Source of the DNA: a virus
Lineage: Duplodnaviria > Caudoviricetes
Length of the DNA stretch: 33,618 bases
IMG/VR virus record: IMGVR_UViG_3300048598_000369
Span: 1 to 33,618 of that record
Reading direction: 5' to 3' (one strand)
Under the pieces are notes generated by a model. It saw only the letters and a program-made list of their open reading frames with translations, searched no databases and was not told the origin of the DNA. A program made the translations under genes and the position numbers. Position 1 is the stretch's first letter; each line of letters opens with the position of its first letter. Below are positions 1-8,865 of the stretch, piece by piece.

Positions 1-1259
1 TCTGCTATTAGCTGAATTAATGGGTCCTTGAAATTATACGGATAAGAAAGGGTATCGATGTCGAATTTGTCGATTAATTTTTCATCAAGTAGTCTGCTTG
101 CCAATTCGGTTTCAGGCTCGATTCTAACTCTTTTTATGTACCTTTCGCCGTGTTCAATCAAACCCAGCTTTCCGAGGAAATCTATGTTTTCTTTCACTTC
201 GGTAACAGTTACTTCGGAATCAAACATCATAAAGCCTATATCAATTTTTAGACCAAGGTCTCTCAAAGTGTGAAGTGCCTCAGCATTGTCTTTAACGGTT
301 GCATTCTTGCCGTATCGTGTTAATTGTGTTTTTGACCCGGACTCAATCCCAACAAAGACTTCCTTTAACCCTGCCTTTTTCAACTTCATCAGGGCAATCC
401 TATTTTTAGTGACGGATTTCGCTGGAAGGTTAACGTAGAATGCGAGGTCATGTGCGATTCTACCTTTTGTTTTCGCATCAATTATAGCATCCGCAATTTC
501 GATTGCTCGTTTTGGGTTGTTCCCAATAAAGTCTTCATCTGTAAAATAGGGGTATCTGCCTCCTGCTGAACTGATTTCTTCTAATTGCTCAATTATGTGT
601 CTAACTGGAAATGGTCGCCATTTTGCGCATCCATATTTTGCTGTTATGCCGCAAAAAGTGCAACCACCCCATGAACATCCACGACTGCCCTCAAGTCTAA
701 CTAAACCTCTTTGCTTAATGACGGTACTCAGAAATTCTCGTGAAGGCTTAGGTAATTCTTCAAGACAAACTAGCTTTCTATTGGAGATTCTGATTTGACC
801 GTCCATATTAAGGGCGATATTCGGAATCTGCCTAACGTGTAACGCTTTTTTGATTTTCGCTATATCATCGTTAGGATTGTCACATACTGTTTTAGCAATT
901 CCGACGATTGCGTCTTCACCTTCGCCTAATACGCAGATTGCGTTTGGATACTTCAGAAGGAGTTGTTTGTAGGCGAAAGTCGCAACCAACCCACCCAAAA
1001 CAAATAATGGTCTTGTATCGAAAGATTTTTCCGTCATCCTGCTAAGGAAGCCTTCGATCGTCTCTATAGAATTTATTTTAGTCGAAATCCCAATTATGTC
1101 GTACCCACAAAGTTCTTGATTTGTTTTCTGTTGTTCCGTGAGCTGTAGATAGGCGACATCAATTTTTGCGGTTGGAAAGAAGTGTTTTAAATTTGCTGAC
1201 AATATTTCAATAGCTAAAGGCTCGTTCAACTCATTTCGGGCTGTTCCTACGTCAATCAA
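1..1259 (-). CDS. Cobalamin-binding radical SAM protein (class B-like), 3' end truncated by window edge; absent from the ORF track
   Basis: Manual minus-strand translation: LIDVGTARNELNEPLAIEILSANLK (B12-binding start), GGLVATF, ICVLGEGE, RLEGSRGCSWGGCTFC (Fe-S motif, Cx4Cx2C variant), YFTDEDF, KAGLKEVFVGIESGS, IGFMMFD. First canonical start is TTG at 1259. Confidence 0.9.
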   Translation of the reverse strand, partial: MIDVGTARNELNEPLAIEILSANLKHFFPTAKIDVAYLQLTEQQKTNQELCGYDIIGISTKINSIETIEGFLSRMTEKSFDTRPLFVLGGLVATFAYKQLLLKYPNAICVLGEGEDAIVGIAKTVCDNPNDDIAKIKKALHVRQIPNIALNMDGQIRISNRKLVCLEELPKPSREFLSTVIKQRGLVRLEGSRGCSWGGCTFCGITAKYGCAKWRPFPVRHIIEQLEEISSAGGRYPYFTDEDFIGNNPKRAIEIADAIIDAKTKGRIAHDLAFYVNLPAKSVTKNRIALMKLKKAGLKEVFVGIESGSKTQLTRYGKNATVKDNAEALHTLRDLGLKIDIGFMMFDSEVTVTEVKENIDFLGKLGLIEHGERYIKRVRIEPETELASRLLDEKLIDKFDIDTLSYPYNFKDPLIQLIA

Positions 1260-1327
1260 CTTTATTTTAACTCTTTATTCCCCCTACGTTACGCCATTTT
1301 GGCAAGATATGATACTTACACAAATAT

Positions 1328-1337
1328 GATTTAAATC
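1328..1337 (-). promoter_or_regulatory. Putative TATA box (TTTAAA) for the radical SAM gene
   Basis: GATTTAAATC, preceded on the minus strand by a purine run (AAGAAAA, BRE-like); AGGGGG RBS-like site downstream at about 1280-1285. Confidence 0.4.
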
Positions 1338-1387
1338 TTTCTTATGTTACAAACAGGCAATAAATCATTTCAGCCGTATGAGTCACG

Positions 1388-1395
1388 TTTATATA
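1388..1395 (+). promoter_or_regulatory. Archaeal TATA box for a near-leaderless transcript of the 482-aa ORF
   Basis: TTTATATA ends 22 nt before the ATG at 1418, and there is no RBS. Confidence 0.6.
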
Positions 1396-1417
1396 TCAAC
1401 TTAGCACATTTGAATGC

Positions 1418-2866
1418 ATGAGCGAAATTTCGTTTTCTTCTAATCAGGAAAGGGAGGCTGATTTTTTAGCCTGGCTAACAGAAGGTCACGTAATTTCTGA
1501 ACCTCGAACCCAGTCGGGCGTCAAGGGCGGGTTTCGAGTAGTCTCCATTGAGGGGATAAAACAGTTAATAACCGATGCTTTTGAGAAACATGACGATAAG
1601 CAAATCAACAATTTGCTTGCCTTAGCCGCTCAATCGCAGCCATTAAGCAATGATTTAATTCGAAAAAGCATGAGGGTGGGAAGCGGAGAGTACCTCAAGT
1701 TATGGTACGTGAAGCTATTGGAAAAAACCTCATTCTCAGACGTTATAGTACGTATGCTAGTTCCAATTGCAAAGGATTATTTATCCACTTATATGAAAAA
1801 TTATCAGCAGGAAATTGGAGAAGAGAACAACCGCCTCAAGCACCTATTCAAGTTACTTGAAAAATGGCCAAATATCAGCCCCGAGTCAAGAGAACGGGCT
1901 GTAGACATGAGACTTTCTGATTTTGAACTGGATAAAGAGTTGCTACCAGATTCTCCGCGGAATCTCGAAAAAATTAAAGATTCCGTTTCGAGGGTAATCC
2001 TGAATGAACTTGAAAACCAATTGTTCCCGCGACCTTTTGATCATAAAAACAGGGTTTTTGAAGAATTCAAACAAGAATGGGCAAATCAACTTTCCGAGAA
2101 CCCGTTATATTCAATGACACTTGAGGCATCAATAGATGAGGTGAACTCAAACAGAGTAATCTTTACACCAAATGTTGTGCTTTCGAAGACTTTGACTGAA
2201 GATGACCAGGAGAGGCTGTTTGAAAAATATGGTGAAATGGATGTAGTTGATTTCATCAACAAGTTCAATCCCAAAGATACCGATAAGGGAGAGAAACGTT
2301 ATTTAGGCTCCGCCGAAGAACTTCACGAAAAAATTATTTACCTTCAGATTTACTTACCATCTTGTTCCGCAAACGTTTTGGACTCAGATAATTTTGAAGC
2401 AAATGATATAACATCAGATGACACAATGAAAAAAATAAACCAAGATGCTATTAACCTCAGAGTTCTTATTGGCGATTTAGGCAAACGAGTTGATATTAAT
2501 ACTGACAATTTTTTTGTGAATGAACATAAATATCTTCGTGATTTGCCTTCTGACGAAGATTCTGAAATCCCCCTGGTCTTCGCAAGATCAGAAACACTCA
2601 CTAATTTTCTAAAAATTGCTACACAGCTCGCTAAAGAAACCAAAGACTTTGTCTATATTGCTGAAATCAATTCATGTAGAAACCGGATACTTGATTATGT
2701 AAGAACTCAAAGCTTCGTTAGCAACTTAGTGGAGTCAAGCGTTAGACGACGTTCAGTCGTTTCTTTCTATGTGAACGAAGATGTTTGGCGTTTTCTTCCT
2801 TTAGCAATAAAGGGCAAGAACTGGATCAAAATAGCCGATGCATACCTTACAAGTAAATTGAAATAA
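1418..2866 (+). CDS. Hypothetical protein, 482 aa, acidic and largely helical; no motif recognised
   Basis: Long AT-rich ORF with its own TATA box. Confidence 0.85.
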   Translation: MSEISFSSNQEREADFLAWLTEGHVISEPRTQSGVKGGFRVVSIEGIKQLITDAFEKHDDKQINNLLALAAQSQPLSNDLIRKSMRVGSGEYLKLWYVKLLEKTSFSDVIVRMLVPIAKDYLSTYMKNYQQEIGEENNRLKHLFKLLEKWPNISPESRERAVDMRLSDFELDKELLPDSPRNLEKIKDSVSRVILNELENQLFPRPFDHKNRVFEEFKQEWANQLSENPLYSMTLEASIDEVNSNRVIFTPNVVLSKTLTEDDQERLFEKYGEMDVVDFINKFNPKDTDKGEKRYLGSAEELHEKIIYLQIYLPSCSANVLDSDNFEANDITSDDTMKKINQDAINLRVLIGDLGKRVDINTDNFFVNEHKYLRDLPSDEDSEIPLVFARSETLTNFLKIATQLAKETKDFVYIAEINSCRNRILDYVRTQSFVSNLVESSVRRRSVVSFYVNEDVWRFLPLAIKGKNWIKIADAYLTSKLK

Positions 2867-2997
2867 TTAAATCGCATCAATGACCATGCAGCTGCCTCTC
2901 TTTTTCCGTTTATAACTATTACTTTCTCGTAAGAAGTTAGGCTAAAAATTGCCGATTTAGTACAAACATTTCTCAACTGTTGACTATATGTTAATTC

Positions 2998-3093
2998 TTA
3001 TAAGGTGTTTCTGTGATAGGGCTGTTTTGTGTAGGCAGCTCTGGGGAAAGCGGTAAGCTTTGTCCTCTCCCCAGGCCGCCGGGCTTGCCTTTT
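2998..3093 (+). promoter_or_regulatory. Putative late promoter (TTATAA 2998-3003) followed by a GC-rich structured 5' leader
   Basis: Nested inverted repeats: AGGCA 3033-37/TGCCT 3086-90, CTGGGGA 3041-47/TCCCCAG 3068-74, AAGC 3048-51/GCTT 3057-60. Ends in TTTT just before the protease gene. Confidence 0.5.
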
Positions 3094-3101
3094 CCCCTTA
3101 G

Positions 3102-3983
3102 TTGACCACATTCAGGTCTGTTGTTGCTTTGAGTGAAGGTTTAGGAAAAAACAAGCCATTGCATGAACATATAGCATCAATTCTGCCTTTTCGGGTACTG
3201 GAAGCCGCCGAGGGCAAGCCATTGCGAATTGCTGGCGTTGCCATGACTGCAGGCATGTCCCGTAACCACAACGTTTACACTCCTGAAGAACTGCAGGCTT
3301 TTGCTCCTAAACTCACTGGGTCACCTCTCTATCTTGAGCATGTAACCGTTAACAACGCCATTGGAAAGGTCACTAACTGCACTTTTGACGCCCAAACCAA
3401 AAGTTTACTGTATGAAGCGGAGATTTACGACCAAACTATTGCTGAGAAAATCCGGAACGGCTTGATTCAGCATGTAAGTGTTGGAGCAGACTACGACACC
3501 CTTGATTCAGCAAATGTGCCGCATGGATTGCATAACGCGGAGATGTCGCTTGTTGCCGTGCCAGGTATTCCCGAAACTAACATCCAAGTTTTAGAGAGCC
3601 TTCGTAAGGGAGTGGGGGGTTTGGAAGAAAAAGACATTGAAAGTGTCGCTGAGAAACTCGCTTCCAAGATAAGCGAAAAAAATTCCATTGAAATTGAGAG
3701 CCTGAAAACAAAGCTTACGGAAGCAGAAGGAAAAATGGCGGCAACTGAGGGTAAACTTGCCCAAGCCAACAGCACAGTTGAGCAGCTAAAGCAGCTTTTA
3801 CCAGGAGTGGACTTGCTAAAGAACCCGTCCAAACTAATGCCTGTTTCTGAAGCTGTCAAGATGGTTAAGGCAGCACTGCCTGCGCCTATGATTCAGCGTT
3901 CATGGGGACTTGGCCCTCAACGCATGTGTCAGGACCTGCAACGTGTCATCCAGAAACTTGAGACTATGGCGGGTGGCAAGTAA
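3102..3983 (+). CDS. Prohead maturation protease (HK97/herpes-type fold) fused to a coiled-coil scaffold region
   Basis: IAGVAM..SRNHNVY.EEL, LYLEH...IGKV, HVSVG and EMSLVAVPG motifs; C-terminal heptad-rich segment; first gene of the head module. Exact start uncertain. Confidence 0.85.
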   Translation: MTTFRSVVALSEGLGKNKPLHEHIASILPFRVLEAAEGKPLRIAGVAMTAGMSRNHNVYTPEELQAFAPKLTGSPLYLEHVTVNNAIGKVTNCTFDAQTKSLLYEAEIYDQTIAEKIRNGLIQHVSVGADYDTLDSANVPHGLHNAEMSLVAVPGIPETNIQVLESLRKGVGGLEEKDIESVAEKLASKISEKNSIEIESLKTKLTEAEGKMAATEGKLAQANSTVEQLKQLLPGVDLLKNPSKLMPVSEAVKMVKAALPAPMIQRSWGLGPQRMCQDLQRVIQKLETMAGGK

Positions 3984-4184
3984 ATGGCTGAGGGAAAACT
4001 GCACGAAGTCAATAATGCGGAAGCTGACGCCGTCATCGAATACGCAAGCAAAGCGATCCCTCATAACGAGATGCTTAGCCGTGTTATCCGTAACATGTAC
4101 AAGCGGATTGTGCAGTTAGAAGCCCAAGTTAAGGACCTACAAGCGAAACCCAAAAAGGTTGCCGCTAAAGCTGGAGGTCCATAA
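3984..4184 (+). CDS. Small coiled-coil hypothetical protein (66 aa) in the head module
   Basis: ATG directly after the protease stop; RIVQLEAQVKDLQ heptads. Confidence 0.7.
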   Translation: MAEGKLHEVNNAEADAVIEYASKAIPHNEMLSRVIRNMYKRIVQLEAQVKDLQAKPKKVAAKAGGP

Positions 4185-4260
4185 TTTATGCTCACTTTTG
4201 TGGGGCTATTAGCGCCAGGACGAACTGGTGTGAACGCAAAACAATGGAGATTGATTTATA

Positions 4261-4704
4261 ATGACTGATTTAACTGGAAAATCTTGGATGTCTATAGGCG
4301 AAACTGACGACCCAAACGCACAAATCGAATCTTTTGAGGTTGCTGCTGCTGTCACTAAAGGCGACCCCGTGTATCTAAGCGCAGACCACAAGATTACTCC
4401 CGCGGCTGCCGCTCAAGACTGCTTAGGTATCGCTGTCAAATCTCAAGCGACAGTCGGTGGACAATGCCCAGTGCTGATTCGTGGGCGAGTCAAGGTGAAG
4501 GCAGGCGGAGTTATTAACCGTGGAAAAGCCGTTTATGGCGCCGATGCTACCAAACGCATTCTTGAATTGTCCGATGCCTCTCAGGCTGTGGACGAGGGCG
4601 GAGCTGCAAAATACACCATTGCAACCTACTTCAACCGCAAACTTGGCTATGCTTTAGAGACAACTGCTCAAGCTGACGACCTACTTTTCATTGAGGTGCG
4701 ATAG
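4261..4704 (+). CDS. Capsid decoration/cement protein (DUF2190-like)
   Basis: FEVAAAVTKGDPVYL, LGIAV, CPVLIRGRVKV, GYALE..LLFIEV pattern; lies immediately upstream of the capsid gene; GGAG RBS. Confidence 0.75.
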   Translation: MTDLTGKSWMSIGETDDPNAQIESFEVAAAVTKGDPVYLSADHKITPAAAAQDCLGIAVKSQATVGGQCPVLIRGRVKVKAGGVINRGKAVYGADATKRILELSDASQAVDEGGAAKYTIATYFNRKLGYALETTAQADDLLFIEVR

Positions 4705-5657
4705 TGAAGCCGAAACTTTACGAGTCATTAATGCAGAAAGATGCGGGATTCAAAGAAGTCATGGAAAAACTCAAGCTGAAAACCGACCATCCCTTCCTAA
4801 AGCGATATTCCGCTTTGGGTGTGAAGGAAGGCTTTTTCAGCGATATGGCAGGCGCTCTTGGCAGAATGCATGATACGATGGTTGATGCTGCTTGGCCTGA
4901 AATGATTGGCCGTAGCATAATCAACGTAATGCCAACCAACGAAGCGATGGAACGCTTTCCGCTGGATCCTGGAACAGTTGCTTACGAATACGCTGAAGGC
5001 GCGGTCACTCGATTAGCAGGCAAAAAAGTCTCGACTGTTGACATCAACGCAAACATCCTAGCGGAATCTTCAGATGAGTGGACAAGAGAATACCTTGAAG
5101 ACGCATCTTGGAACGTAATGGACCGTGCAACCCAGAACATCGGCAACGCTTTAGGCGTCAAAGAAACCGAAAAGATTCTGGCGCTATACACTGCTGTTTC
5201 GGCGGCTGACTTAGCTACTGGCGCAGACCTTGCAGGCGGCGGTACTGTAATGAGTTGGACAAAACTGCTTAGCTTGTGGCATGCTGTTAAGTCTGAGAAG
5301 CGAAGAGCAACTGTTATCGCCCTAAACGATATGCAAGTTGCACAACTTCTCAACGATAGCACTTTCACAAACGCGCAGTCTTTACCATCCGCACAAACCG
5401 ATCTGGAAGCCGGCGTTGTTAGTGGCGCTTTGGGCATGAAGATTGTTTCAAGCCCACTTGTCACCAACGGTGTTGCATTCGCCATCGATACACGTGTTGC
5501 CTCCGCGATGCTTCTGCGCCGAGACGTAACTGTCGAGGACTGGGAAGATGTTAAGAACGGCAAATACGGTGTCAGAGCCACAACCCGCTTTGGCCTGGGC
5601 GTCCTAGATTCCAAAGGCATTGCAAGAATGACAAACATCAAGACAACAATCACTTAA
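4704..5657 (+). CDS. Major capsid protein, HK97 fold
   Basis: 317 aa; EYAEG, WTREYLEDA, GALGMKIVSSPLV and C-terminal YGVRATTRFGLGVLDSKGIARM motifs; GAGGTG RBS; 1-nt overlap with the previous gene. Confidence 0.9.
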   Translation: MKPKLYESLMQKDAGFKEVMEKLKLKTDHPFLKRYSALGVKEGFFSDMAGALGRMHDTMVDAAWPEMIGRSIINVMPTNEAMERFPLDPGTVAYEYAEGAVTRLAGKKVSTVDINANILAESSDEWTREYLEDASWNVMDRATQNIGNALGVKETEKILALYTAVSAADLATGADLAGGGTVMSWTKLLSLWHAVKSEKRRATVIALNDMQVAQLLNDSTFTNAQSLPSAQTDLEAGVVSGALGMKIVSSPLVTNGVAFAIDTRVASAMLLRRDVTVEDWEDVKNGKYGVRATTRFGLGVLDSKGIARMTNIKTTIT

Positions 5658-5673
5658 GCGGCGCATTTGCCCG

Positions 5674-5691
5674 TTTTTCTTCCCTTTTTTT
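5674..5691 (+). terminator. Oligo-T archaeal terminator/attenuator after the capsid gene
   Basis: TTTTTCTTCCCTTTTTTT between the MCP stop and the portal start. Confidence 0.55.
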
Positions 5692-5720
5692 GGGTTATCA
5701 AATCATTCGGGGTTTAACCA

Positions 5721-6923
5721 TTGAGTAGCGTTTACAGAAAAATCCGTGAGGTCCTCTCCTATGTGCCTGTTTCAGGCGTAGCAAAGCCGAATGGTAGAGT
5801 GTTCTTTGACACTTCCTGCATTCCATTAGCAGACGTTATGAAGCTCTATGAGCGTGACCCAACCTGCAAGGCAAGTGTTGACCTTTTAGCCGCTTCCACA
5901 GTTGGAATGGGCTTCTATACTACTGTGGACGAAACCTATGATAAGGCCAAAGAAGCCAAAGCCGCTGTGGATAATTTCTGCGAAGAAATCAACTTGGACG
6001 GTTTGTTAAACGATATGGCTAAACCGCTAATTGGCTGCGGAAACGATTTTTGGCTCAAATTAACTCCTGACAAACTCACCGAGACAATGCGCATGCCCAT
6101 TGACGCCGTGCAACGTATAGGGCTTAGCAGTGTGCCCGACCTAAAGCTTCCTTACAAAGTCATGGGTTATCAACTCAAGAGCATCTATCGCGGCAACGCC
6201 AATCAAGATGGCGAACTAAAGCCAGAAGCGGTTATTCACTGGCGCCTAGACGGCGATATTCCCTCTGGCTACGGCGTTGGATTGCTGCAGGTGCTTTTGC
6301 ACACATTGACCGTTGATTCGGATAAGCGCCCGGCTGTTGCTTGGATGAAAGCCAAAATTGAACGTATAATGCCCAAGATTTTTGAGAAGTATGCGGGACC
6401 TGATGTTTTGGCAATGTTGGAGGGCGTCGATGAGGCAACGGTAAAGTCATTTGAGCAAGCCATCAAGAACCGTGATGAAGAAGGCGCTTGGCTATTCTAC
6501 AACAAAAAAATCGATTTAAAGCCAGTCACGATTGACCCCCGAGCACAGGGCTTTGTTTACTACATCGACCACATCATTAATCAATTCTATCTGGGCTTGG
6601 AAACTCCTCTGCCACGGCTTTTCAGCACTCCAGGCTTTACCGAAGCATCGGCAAGAGCAGCGTTAGACTTGCAGGATATGCTCATAAAACCCGTCCAACG
6701 CTACATTAAACGCCAAGTAGAGCGGGAACTTTTCTTACCCATCATCACTCAAGCTGGGATTGACCCCATAAAGGCTAAGGTGCGCCTAAATTATGGCAGC
6801 CCCGAAACCCCCGAGATGAACTCTGCCGACCTCATTAAAGCTGCTGAAGCTGGACTAATTCGCCAAGAGGAATTCCGCAAGAACGCGGTTAAGTTTGGCT
6901 GGGAACTCTGGGACCTCAATTAA
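5721..6923 (+). CDS. Portal protein
   Basis: 400 aa; LYERDPTCKASVD, GNDFWLK, EAVIHWR...YGVGLL, LGLETP, IKPVQRYIKRQVERELF and LIRQEEFR are portal-typical segments. Confidence 0.85.
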   Translation: MSSVYRKIREVLSYVPVSGVAKPNGRVFFDTSCIPLADVMKLYERDPTCKASVDLLAASTVGMGFYTTVDETYDKAKEAKAAVDNFCEEINLDGLLNDMAKPLIGCGNDFWLKLTPDKLTETMRMPIDAVQRIGLSSVPDLKLPYKVMGYQLKSIYRGNANQDGELKPEAVIHWRLDGDIPSGYGVGLLQVLLHTLTVDSDKRPAVAWMKAKIERIMPKIFEKYAGPDVLAMLEGVDEATVKSFEQAIKNRDEEGAWLFYNKKIDLKPVTIDPRAQGFVYYIDHIINQFYLGLETPLPRLFSTPGFTEASARAALDLQDMLIKPVQRYIKRQVERELFLPIITQAGIDPIKAKVRLNYGSPETPEMNSADLIKAAEAGLIRQEEFRKNAVKFGWELWDLN

Positions 6924-6979
6924 TATCTATAAAAGATGAAAATGGTTTCGATGGTGCAGTCAATTAAACTTCGCAGGTA

Positions 6980-8635
6980 TTACAATGGCCACAATTGAAG
7001 GGCAATTTTTGCCAGTCGTTCGCCTCGTTGAATTATCTCTTTTTCTGTCCATCGGTCAAGTTGTGCTATTTCCCTATTTAGACGTAAACCGCTGTCCTTG
7101 AAGCCTTTGGACATATCCCGTTTTTCGATAAACGGTCTGTTCGAATACTCGGCGTTATACCCTGTTAGCGTAAGGTTACCAAGCGAATGCAAGTATTTCT
7201 TGTAAGTTAATTCCCAATCTTCCCCTAATTCATTTTTCCAAGGATCACTCAGTGTTTGAGGCATTATATGTTCTATCTGAAGGTCTTCGAAATTCACTGT
7301 TTCTTTATTATCTTTAAGTTCTATGCGCATTAAGAGGTATCCAATTGTTTTGGTTCCATACAGTTCTTTTATTCTCAAGTGCTCGCTGAATTCTAAATCA
7401 TCAGGCATTCGTCCGGCTTCTGTTTCTGTCGAAAGCACCTGTTTGAATGAGGTTATGATGTCTGTTTTATCGAGCTTCTGGTATACGGTTGGGAAGAATC
7501 TGTTTAAGAAGTTAGTTGGTACACCACAAACCGCTCTTCTGATTATATAACTTTCAAGAACGCTCAAAAAACCTACAAATTCATCTTTTGATATTTTTTT
7601 CATGAAAAGGTCGTTATATAGATTGAGAAGTAGTGGATAGCTTGTGGTAACGTCCAAGTAGTTCAAGGAGGCAAAATAAGCTCTAATTTCAGGGTCTTTT
7701 TCAGCTTCTGGATTTATAAATCGGTAGTAATACTCGGAGTATTTCGATAAATCCGTGGCATATTCGATAACTTGTTTTTCATCTTTGAAGTTGCCCTCAG
7801 AAAAGGCCTTAACCGAGGAGTAGACTTTATTGTAATTGGGTAGCTTCCCGTTGCGTGCTAAATAATGCCTCAAAAAATCGACAGCCGAACTGTTAAGTCT
7901 TTGCTGCATTGGAAGCCATATTGTGTCATATATCTCCTGTTGATTATTTGGACTAATTTTCATGAATAAATAATTTCTGACCAAATCCGCTTGAGTAAGA
8001 GGTTCCCCTTTTGCATTAAGACTTTCAAAAATGAGGTAGGGGTCATCATCCTTATCGAGACAAATATCAACTATTGAAAACTTGTTAAGGAGTGTATTTT
8101 TAATTTTTTTAATCTGATCTATATCTTGAATTTCAGCGTCAAGTTTGCCTTTAAAATAGTAGTAAGCTTTTGCTATTTTGTGTTCTTTATCAGTTAGCGT
8201 ATCTGGCTTGTTAACAACCGTAGACAGAATCTCACGATCTGCTTGTGTTGGAATAACCTTGTTTTTATCAAGCGATAACTCCGCGTATTTGTTAGTAAGA
8301 TATTGCTCAAAAATTGAATTTTTCAACTCTGATGATTTGTCAATATCTTCAGCTCTTTTTCTTAGAGCGGCTAGAAAAATCGTTGTGGTAACTAGCCTTT
8401 GTTGACCATCGATAACTATATATTTAGAAATACCTGAAGCCGATGAAGGTTCAGGCATGGTAACGAATGACCCAAAGAAGTGAGTTGTCTCCTTCTCTTC
8501 CATTGTATTTGTCAAGTCTGCCCATAGAGTTTCAAGATGTTTGTTATCCCAACTGTATGTTCTCTGAAATAGAGGAATGACAAAGCTTTTGCTACCCTCT
8601 AGGTACTTGAAAATTTGTGTATCATGCGCATCCAT
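6980..8635 (-). CDS. gmrSD: GmrSD-like type IV (modification-dependent) restriction protein, DUF262 + DUF1524/HNH
   Basis: FVIPLFQRTYSW, VIDGQQRL and FESLNAKGEPL (DUF262); IEHIMPQ and LGNLTL...N...SN (His-Me finger). AT-rich and antisense to the virion operon. Confidence 0.88.
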   Translation of the reverse strand: MDAHDTQIFKYLEGSKSFVIPLFQRTYSWDNKHLETLWADLTNTMEEKETTHFFGSFVTMPEPSSASGISKYIVIDGQQRLVTTTIFLAALRKRAEDIDKSSELKNSIFEQYLTNKYAELSLDKNKVIPTQADREILSTVVNKPDTLTDKEHKIAKAYYYFKGKLDAEIQDIDQIKKIKNTLLNKFSIVDICLDKDDDPYLIFESLNAKGEPLTQADLVRNYLFMKISPNNQQEIYDTIWLPMQQRLNSSAVDFLRHYLARNGKLPNYNKVYSSVKAFSEGNFKDEKQVIEYATDLSKYSEYYYRFINPEAEKDPEIRAYFASLNYLDVTTSYPLLLNLYNDLFMKKISKDEFVGFLSVLESYIIRRAVCGVPTNFLNRFFPTVYQKLDKTDIITSFKQVLSTETEAGRMPDDLEFSEHLRIKELYGTKTIGYLLMRIELKDNKETVNFEDLQIEHIMPQTLSDPWKNELGEDWELTYKKYLHSLGNLTLTGYNAEYSNRPFIEKRDMSKGFKDSGLRLNREIAQLDRWTEKEIIQRGERLAKIALQLWPL

Positions 8636-8680
8636 AAGGACACCAACCGCTGACTTACTTACACTACTAAAGCCTTATAG

Positions 8681-8713
8681 TTTTTGTCGTTTTTTACCCA
8701 TTAACGACAAAAA
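8681..8713. repeat. Perfect 11-bp inverted repeat with 11-bp spacer, each arm abutting a TATA-like box
   Basis: TTTTTGTCGTT (8681-91) and AACGACAAAAA (8703-13); CTATAAG follows leftward and TTTAAA follows rightward. Confidence 0.8.
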
Positions 8714-8865
8714 TTTAAACAGTATTACTTATTTTATTTTAAGAACCTATATTTCCTCTTTGGAAACTGATGCTACCTTTTTCTCAGTTAACTGGTTTTG
8801 GCTTATATGTTAAGTCTTTTATGCGGTTCATTCCGTAACCTCAGAATTGCTTGGAGGTTTAATGT

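Noticed and set aside
58-798. Plus-strand ORFs 58-273 and 595-798
   Set aside because: They are shadows of the motif-bearing radical SAM gene on the minus strand.
4982-5653. 223-aa minus ORF and similar antisense ORFs across the virion, RM and replication genes
   Set aside because: They lie antisense to well-supported genes, have Ser/Leu/Phe-rich shadow composition and show no motifs.
5655-5666. TAAGCGGCGCA resembling the att core (TCAGCGGCGCC)
   Set aside because: Only 8 contiguous nt match, it lies inside the structural operon, and there is no tRNA body.
6980-8635. SspE/phosphorothioate defence interpretation
   Set aside because: No ssp or dnd genes are in the window; size and motifs fit a stand-alone fused GmrSD.
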